Shown one piece after another: positions 60,001 to 64,000 of a stretch of DNA of 64,000 nucleotides (the stretch's first letter is position 1; each line of letters opens with the position of its first letter). A program made the translations under genes and the position numbers. The notes beneath the pieces were generated by a model. The model was not told the origin of the DNA. It saw only the letters and a program-made list of their open reading frames with translations, and ran no database searches. Origin of the DNA: an uncultured delta proteobacterium (GTDB lineage: Bacteria; Desulfobacterota; Binatia; DP-6); contig CAWESA010000011.1 in assembly GCA_963811605.1 (NCBI GenBank), positions 159,698-223,697 on the forward strand, given 5' to 3'.

Positions 60001-60315
60001 TCCGACAGCGGGCCGGGCACCGTCGTCCTCACGTGCGATCAGTCGACGATCCAGGTGAGTCCGCCGGCACCCGACTGCACGACGCAGGCCTATCCTGCCG
60101 ATCAGCCGTTGGTGTACACGAGCGGGTCGGTGACCGGCGACTACCTCAACGGCGACCCACGCATCGGCAACGGGCAGATCACGGTCGCGGGCGAGCCCTT
60201 CGTCTGTGCGCAGTGGACGATCGAAGACGGCCCGGGAATCCTCGCGGGCTCGTTCCTCCAGGAGGCGGATCCGCAGGCCGGGGACACGGCGAACGGCCTG
60301 CGGCTCGACGACTGA
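57004..60315 (+). CDS. large secreted multidomain protein: carboxypeptidase-regulatory-like domain + single CxxCH haem-binding motif + Vgb-lyase-like beta-propeller + six Myxococcus-type Cys-rich repeats + C-terminal domain
   Basis: Signal peptide MSNSWKTVIGLLILCSAPPAARG. CarbopepD_reg-like LLAGRVERSGHVPLSGTMVTLIDDQRLETVSVFAKEDGRYVF. LSCGNCHQIASY. Propeller repeats (GPDGNMWITQAGSDSLAEV; IWMTMTKSNHIALFDP; TVWWSQLFGDRIGHYDP; GIAWVPGYGSGVLGRFDP; QVWINGSNSDTLIRYDP; NNVWTCTS). Repeats CGNGRLELGEECDDGNATDCDGCSTDC (x6). Confidence 0.8.
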   Translation: MSNSWKTVIGLLILCSAPPAARGAGPLCPAGESTLGPGTLHAIRRGAGAGKVTSTHATFVLPTGIAIVPDGQPLVFAIEADRHPIGKVTLDAGALVSYRGGKHFAYRNGASRLSLGHARGGYRLAATFDDFDLTALDLVHPPRFMKQILKIGDACFSSVLACTGKPKGVVCKPERTVLLAGRVERSGHVPLSGTMVTLIDDQRLETVSVFAKEDGRYVFPRQRPGTYRLRARLIGYEDAVQPDVVVAKNRATRVAFTMVPTANTNDQLPASAWFSLILDKWPDPKIRGDFTLSCGNCHQIASYRFRRAKTEEQWRSVLTRMMTNLPPYFQETRELLVKNVIDTYGPNATYPTLPIPPPPSGDVLNAVIYEYILGTQTSSPGCHDLELGADDRVYADAGLRWIDPRTSERGVYPFVGGSHSIERGPDGNMWITQAGSDSLAEVYVDGSAPRYFSLPRIGDDQGAYPHTLRFNSQHQIWMTMTKSNHIALFDPPTAAWTYHRLPEADPAEVGLSIPVAYGCDTAPDDTVWWSQLFGDRIGHYDPATDTLKAWRPPFYGPRRLAADQDGIAWVPGYGSGVLGRFDPTTERWKVYPMPTGIPGPPGFGTSETPYNLNANRQTGQVWINGSNSDTLIRYDPQSARFTAFPLPTRASFTREIEFDADNNVWTCTSNEPPGPDERGQGKFVKLELPPPGAECGNGRLELGEECDDGNATDCDGCSTDCRAETGCGDGVRCGGEQCDDGNTDDCDGCSATCHGETGLLCGDGIVNTDCGEECEPPGAAGCSLQCAYVVGCGNGIVEAGEACDDGNTDECDGCTSKCTVTAGCGDGVRCGSEECDDGNTTSCDGCSSMCVKEEGAICGDGVVNSTCGEECDPPQPGTCAYNCRTGAATPLGTRHFSFGGALYSSALGTGVPLGLPAGALDLAADAPDAAGSATVSVAGPVYFSIPILDGAFGYFCGRISSCTGHVYCNGGPPADVLVEQDSAGPGRQGNPVITTTGLGSDSGPGTVVLTCDQSTIQVSPPAPDCTTQAYPADQPLVYTSGSVTGDYLNGDPRIGNGQITVAGEPFVCAQWTIEDGPGILAGSFLQEADPQAGDTANGLRLDD
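59080..59640 (+). repeat. six in-frame tandem ~90-100 nt coding repeats (CGDG...CDDGN...CDGCS..C)
   Basis: Recurring tgcggcgacggc....gagtgcgacgacggcaac.....tgcgacgggtgc units seen directly in the sequence. Confidence 0.7.
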
Positions 60316-60406
60316 ATCCGCGTCGGACTGCCGGCGATTCCTCCTGGCGCGCCGGGCGCCCGGCGTCCACCGCCACGTGGACACGCCGAACCGGGGGCAC
60401 TGCCCT

Positions 60407-62455
60407 TCATCGGCGGGACCGGGTCGGCGGGGCGATGAAGCGCGCGCTGGCCGAGGCCGTCGCGGTCGTGCGCGACGACGCCTCGCCGGAGCCTTCTTCG
60501 CCGAGCGCGACCCGCTTCTCCACGTACTGCAGCACCACGCGCACGAAGGCGGAGTGGCTCCAGGTGAGCGGTGACACGGACAGCGGGGCGCCGGTCACGG
60601 GATGCACCTGCTCCGCCAGCACGCCAGAGGGAAGCGCGTTTCGCGCGCACCACTCGAGATGCGGCAGGGCGTCGTGGAGCTCCGCCACGTTCTCCGCACG
60701 CGCGATGAGGTACTCCCCCAGCCACAGCGTCGCGATGAACCACGGATTGCCGGGCACATCCGCCGGAACGTCCTCGTCCCATTGATACCGATCACCCCGA
60801 TATCTGGCCACACCTCCCACCGCCGTCTCGAGCGACAGCTCGCGGCGCACCGCCTCCACGGTCTCCACGACCCGTGTATCCTTCAGAGGCAAGACCCCGA
60901 GGGTCGCGAGGCCGAGCAGGCTGACGTCGATCACCTCGTCGAGGCGGTATCCCGCCTCCGTGCGGTAACCCGAGCGCGCATACCGCCGGAGCGCGGGGTG
61001 ATAGAGATGCCTCTCGATGCCGACGACCATCTGACCGGCCGCCGTCTCGTAGGTCTCGGCGCGTGCCGCATCGTGAAACAGCCGCGCGAACCGGGCCGCG
61101 CCACGAAGCCCCGCAACGACGGACGCCACCGTATACGTGTGGACACCGTGGCGCTCCTCCCAGAGGTCATACGACGGCAGGGGGAGGAGAGTCTCGGGAT
61201 CGCGATGCGTCACCAGAAAGTCAGCCGCCTTCAGGATGAGCGGCTCGTACAGCGGCCGGATGAACTCCACGTCCCGAGCGCACTCGTAGTGGATCCAGAG
61301 CGCCCACAGGATCAGCGCGGTCGAGTCTTCCTGGATCGGCAGGACCTGCTTTCCGTCCAGCAACCACGGGTGCCAGTTGCTGGCCAGCGATCCATCCGGG
61401 TTGTAGTGCTGGAAGAGGTACCCCTCCTCCGACAGCACCTTGTTGCAGAATTCAAAGAACGTCCGGCACAGCGCCGAGTATCCGGCCTGCTCCAGCGCGG
61501 CAGCGACGAACGCACCGTCACGCCCCCACATGTAGGAATAGGTGTCACCGTGGAACCGGATGATGTCCGAGTCGTTTGCCGCGACGATGGCGCCCCGGTT
61601 GTCGATCTGGCTTCTGAGGACGAGGAGACTTCGGTTGAAGACGTCGGTGACGATGTCCGGGAGGTCCGTGAAGGCTCTCGATTCCTTTCCGACCCAGGCG
61701 CGCCAGTAGTCCGCGGTTCGTTCGATCAGCCCGGCGGGGGTCTTCTCGGCCACGATCCGGTTGAGGTGCGCCACCTCCCCGTAGTGCGTGCCTGCGGCCA
61801 CCCAGTACGAGGCGACCGCCCGGCCACCGGGAGGGAGACGGAGATGCACCCCGACGGTGGACTCCGCAAAGCCCCACGCGATCGGGCTCCCGATGAGCTC
61901 CCCATCCTCCGCGTCTTTCCACGATGGCTCTCTCCCGGGTGTCGCCCTGACACCGCAGGAGAATGCGTCGGCCACCGTTCCATCGGGGCCGCAGCAGCCG
62001 ACGAGAAAGTACCGGTTGATCTTGTAGTGCACTATGCAGTGGGTGCGCGGATCGAAATATGCCGTGTCGCCGACCTCGTTGCCGTAGAGTCGGAAATCGT
62101 GGCCGAAGAACAGGCGGACATCTCGTGCCCTGTCCTCCAGATCGATGACCTCGACGAGCCTCACATAGACGTTCAGGTTGACGTCGACGGCGTCCTGGCA
62201 CCGAAGCTCCAGTCCGAGCGCCACGTTCGTGAGAGTCACCTGCGTGACGAGGGTGTCATCGCGGTACCGGAGGTCGATGTCCCAGTCCGGTCCCATCCAG
62301 GAGAAGCGACCGTCCGCCCAGATGCCGAAGCGAAACTCGTGCCCCCCGCCGTGGTTCTCCTGGCCAACCCAGGGGAAGTAGACATCACGAATCCGGTAGT
62401 GCAGGTCGAAGTTGAGGAGCAGGTTGCCGTTGCCTACCGGGATGTCTTTGGGCAT
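60407..62455 (-). CDS. glycoside hydrolase family 15 (glucoamylase/glucodextranase-like)
   Basis: 682 aa. (alpha/alpha)6-barrel motifs: IRFHGDTYSYMWGRDGAF, WHPWLLDGKQVLPIQEDSTALILWALWIHY, YDLWEERHGVHTYT. The Ala/Ser/Thr-rich C-terminal tail may not be real. Confidence 0.85.
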   Translation of the reverse strand: MPKDIPVGNGNLLLNFDLHYRIRDVYFPWVGQENHGGGHEFRFGIWADGRFSWMGPDWDIDLRYRDDTLVTQVTLTNVALGLELRCQDAVDVNLNVYVRLVEVIDLEDRARDVRLFFGHDFRLYGNEVGDTAYFDPRTHCIVHYKINRYFLVGCCGPDGTVADAFSCGVRATPGREPSWKDAEDGELIGSPIAWGFAESTVGVHLRLPPGGRAVASYWVAAGTHYGEVAHLNRIVAEKTPAGLIERTADYWRAWVGKESRAFTDLPDIVTDVFNRSLLVLRSQIDNRGAIVAANDSDIIRFHGDTYSYMWGRDGAFVAAALEQAGYSALCRTFFEFCNKVLSEEGYLFQHYNPDGSLASNWHPWLLDGKQVLPIQEDSTALILWALWIHYECARDVEFIRPLYEPLILKAADFLVTHRDPETLLPLPSYDLWEERHGVHTYTVASVVAGLRGAARFARLFHDAARAETYETAAGQMVVGIERHLYHPALRRYARSGYRTEAGYRLDEVIDVSLLGLATLGVLPLKDTRVVETVEAVRRELSLETAVGGVARYRGDRYQWDEDVPADVPGNPWFIATLWLGEYLIARAENVAELHDALPHLEWCARNALPSGVLAEQVHPVTGAPLSVSPLTWSHSAFVRVVLQYVEKRVALGEEGSGEASSRTTATASASARFIAPPTRSRR

Positions 62456-62470
62456 CAGGCGCTCCCGATG

Positions 62471-63727
62471 TCAGGACGCGCCGACACGGTTGCTCGTGGC
62501 ACGAGGCGACTGGAGGAAGGGCTGCGCGCTGCGATATGGACGGTTTCGGGCCAGCGACCGGTACAGGGCCGCATATCGCGCGGACATCCTCTCGACGGAG
62601 AACCGCGCGGCCACGTCCGCGCGGCACGCACGACGATCGATCTGCTCGACGAGCGCCACCGCCGCGACCATGTCGGCGCGCGATGCGACGACGAAACCCG
62701 TCGCCCCGTGCGTCACGATCTCCGGGACGGCGCCTTCACCGAACGCGACGATGGGGGTTCCACACGCCATCGACTCGATCAGGACCATCCCGAAGGGCTC
62801 GCCCCAGCGGACCGGAAACAGCGTCGCCTTCGCGTGGCGATACCAGTGCTTCTTGGCTTCGCTGTCGACCTCGCCGATGTAGATGATCTGCCGGTCACAC
62901 GACAGGATCGGCTTCATCACCTTGTCGTAATAGGCGTCGTCAACCGGCTGGCGACTGACGTCGACCACGAGATCGACGCGGCGCTTGATCTCCTCGAAGA
63001 ACACCCTGTCGTCCGTCTTGTCCTGGACGCACCCCGCGAGGATCAGCTTCGAGCCGGACGCACGCGCGACTTCAATGGCCGTATCCTGCCCTTTGACGCG
63101 GGTGATCCGCGCGATCGCGAACAGGTAGCTCGCCGCGTCGACCTCGTCCTGCACGGGATAGCCCGCAAGGTCGAGGCCGTGTGGGACGATCTTCGCGATC
63201 GGCACGAGATCGGCGTATTGCCGCCGCTGGTAGTCGCTGATCGCGGCGAAGTGGATGGCGGCTGGCATCAGCGTCGCCGGAGCGCGACGCGCCAATCCGC
63301 TGTCGGAAGCGGGCACGTGGAGGGTCATCACGATCGGCAGCTGTGGATTGAAGCTGCCGTCGTCGACGTGCTCCAGCCATTCGTGCATGTGCACGATGTC
63401 GATGTCGCCCATCGTGGCCCGCGCGAGCGTTTTCGAGAGGTGGAGAGCGACCGTGGCCTGCGCGCCCGGCGTACCCCCACGGCAGTAGTCGCCCAGACTC
63501 CTGGCGACCGTCGTGTGCGTGCGGCCAGCAACGACGGAGTCGGCCGAGCATGCGACGATCGACTGATGACCGAGGGCGGTGAGGCCCTTGTGGATGTTGC
63601 CGATGACCGTTTCGATCGGCCCGTATCCGAGATGCGGGGTGATCGGCTTGTTGAGCGTCGCGACGTGGAGAATCTTCAGCGGCCTGTCGATCGCGGACGT
63701 CGCCAGCGAAGGCTCGCGCAGGGACAC
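62471..63727 (-). CDS. family 4 (GT-B) glycosyltransferase
   Basis: LKILHVATLNKPITPHLGYGPIETVIGNIHKGLTALGH... Retaining GT4 C-terminal motif RWGEPFGMVLIESMACGTPIVAFGEGAVPEIVTHGATGFVV (E-x7-E). Confidence 0.85.
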   Translation of the reverse strand: MSLREPSLATSAIDRPLKILHVATLNKPITPHLGYGPIETVIGNIHKGLTALGHQSIVACSADSVVAGRTHTTVARSLGDYCRGGTPGAQATVALHLSKTLARATMGDIDIVHMHEWLEHVDDGSFNPQLPIVMTLHVPASDSGLARRAPATLMPAAIHFAAISDYQRRQYADLVPIAKIVPHGLDLAGYPVQDEVDAASYLFAIARITRVKGQDTAIEVARASGSKLILAGCVQDKTDDRVFFEEIKRRVDLVVDVSRQPVDDAYYDKVMKPILSCDRQIIYIGEVDSEAKKHWYRHAKATLFPVRWGEPFGMVLIESMACGTPIVAFGEGAVPEIVTHGATGFVVASRADMVAAVALVEQIDRRACRADVAARFSVERMSARYAALYRSLARNRPYRSAQPFLQSPRATSNRVGAS

Positions 63728-64000
63728 GCCCCCCCGAGACGTCGGGAGCGATCAAGGTCCCAGCCGGGACGCGCGGGCGGCCGCCTCGCGCTGCCCCTCG
63801 CGCAGCTCGGCCCAGAAGCGCGCGCGCGAGCCGGCGCGTCCCGTGCGGTCCTCCGTGTCGAGCGCCGGGCCGCCGGCAGGAGCCCGCCGGCGTCGGAGCC
63901 ATCGCCCGACCGTTTCCCACAGACGATGCAGGGGTCCAGGCATCCTACTCGACTCCCGGGACATCGGACGGTCGCCGTCGCAGGCGGCAACGGCGATCGT

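Noticed and set aside
63752-63964. 70-aa minus-strand ORF upstream of the GT4 gene (MSRESSRMPGPLHRLWETVGRWLRRRR...)
   Set aside because: Short and Arg-rich with no recognisable features, in a region where many overlapping random ORFs exist. It cannot be distinguished from noise.

Overview
This 64-kb window is very GC-rich (about 70% or more by eye) and densely coding. It is most consistent with a myxobacterium or close relative. The main support for that guess is three large secreted proteins built from cysteine-rich and acidic repeats of myxobacterial type, together with a σ54-activator two-component pair, STAND-type ATPases and an ECF sigma module. I found no tRNA, rRNA, CRISPR array or transposase/integrase. 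The gene content is:

- **DNA repair:** uvrB, followed by a partial uvrC N-terminus (GIY-YIG) at the left edge.
- **Regulation:** an ECF sigma factor, its zf-HC2 anti-sigma factor and a small periplasmic partner, transcribed divergently from a PAS histidine kinase and NtrC-type response regulator with a candidate σ54 promoter between them. Also an OmpR-type winged-helix/AAA/TPR regulator, an XRE regulator, and a zinc-ribbon/adenylyl-cyclase/AAA/TPR signalling protein next to a Trm112-like methyltransferase.
- **Envelope redox neighbourhood:** a caspase-fold (legumain-like) peptidase fused to PDZ and a TlpA-like thioredoxin domain, two paralogous secreted cysteine-rich repeat proteins, a TlpA-like redoxin and a DsbD-N-like protein. 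The last two are frame-disrupted.
- **Other large secreted proteins:** a 1407-aa beta-helix (possibly G8-like) protein, a DUF4114/TSP3 protein, an M11-like metalloprotease, and a protein combining one CxxCH motif, a Vgb-lyase-like propeller and six cysteine-rich repeats.
- **Detox/redox cluster:** gluconolactonase-like, aldo/keto reductase, glutathione peroxidase, SRPBCC, F420/LLM oxidoreductase, alpha/beta hydrolase, quinone oxidoreductase.
- **Lipid cluster:** FabH-like KAS III, PlsC-family acyltransferase, SDR and CMD-like genes, opposite an NTE-like phospholipase with cNMP-binding and patatin domains.
- **Carbohydrate pair:** a GH15 glucoamylase-like hydrolase and a GT4 glycosyltransferase.

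Many otherwise conserved genes carry single-base frameshifts. Either this locus holds an unusual number of pseudogenes or the assembly has uncorrected indels. The high GC also produces many long spurious antisense ORFs, which I rejected.
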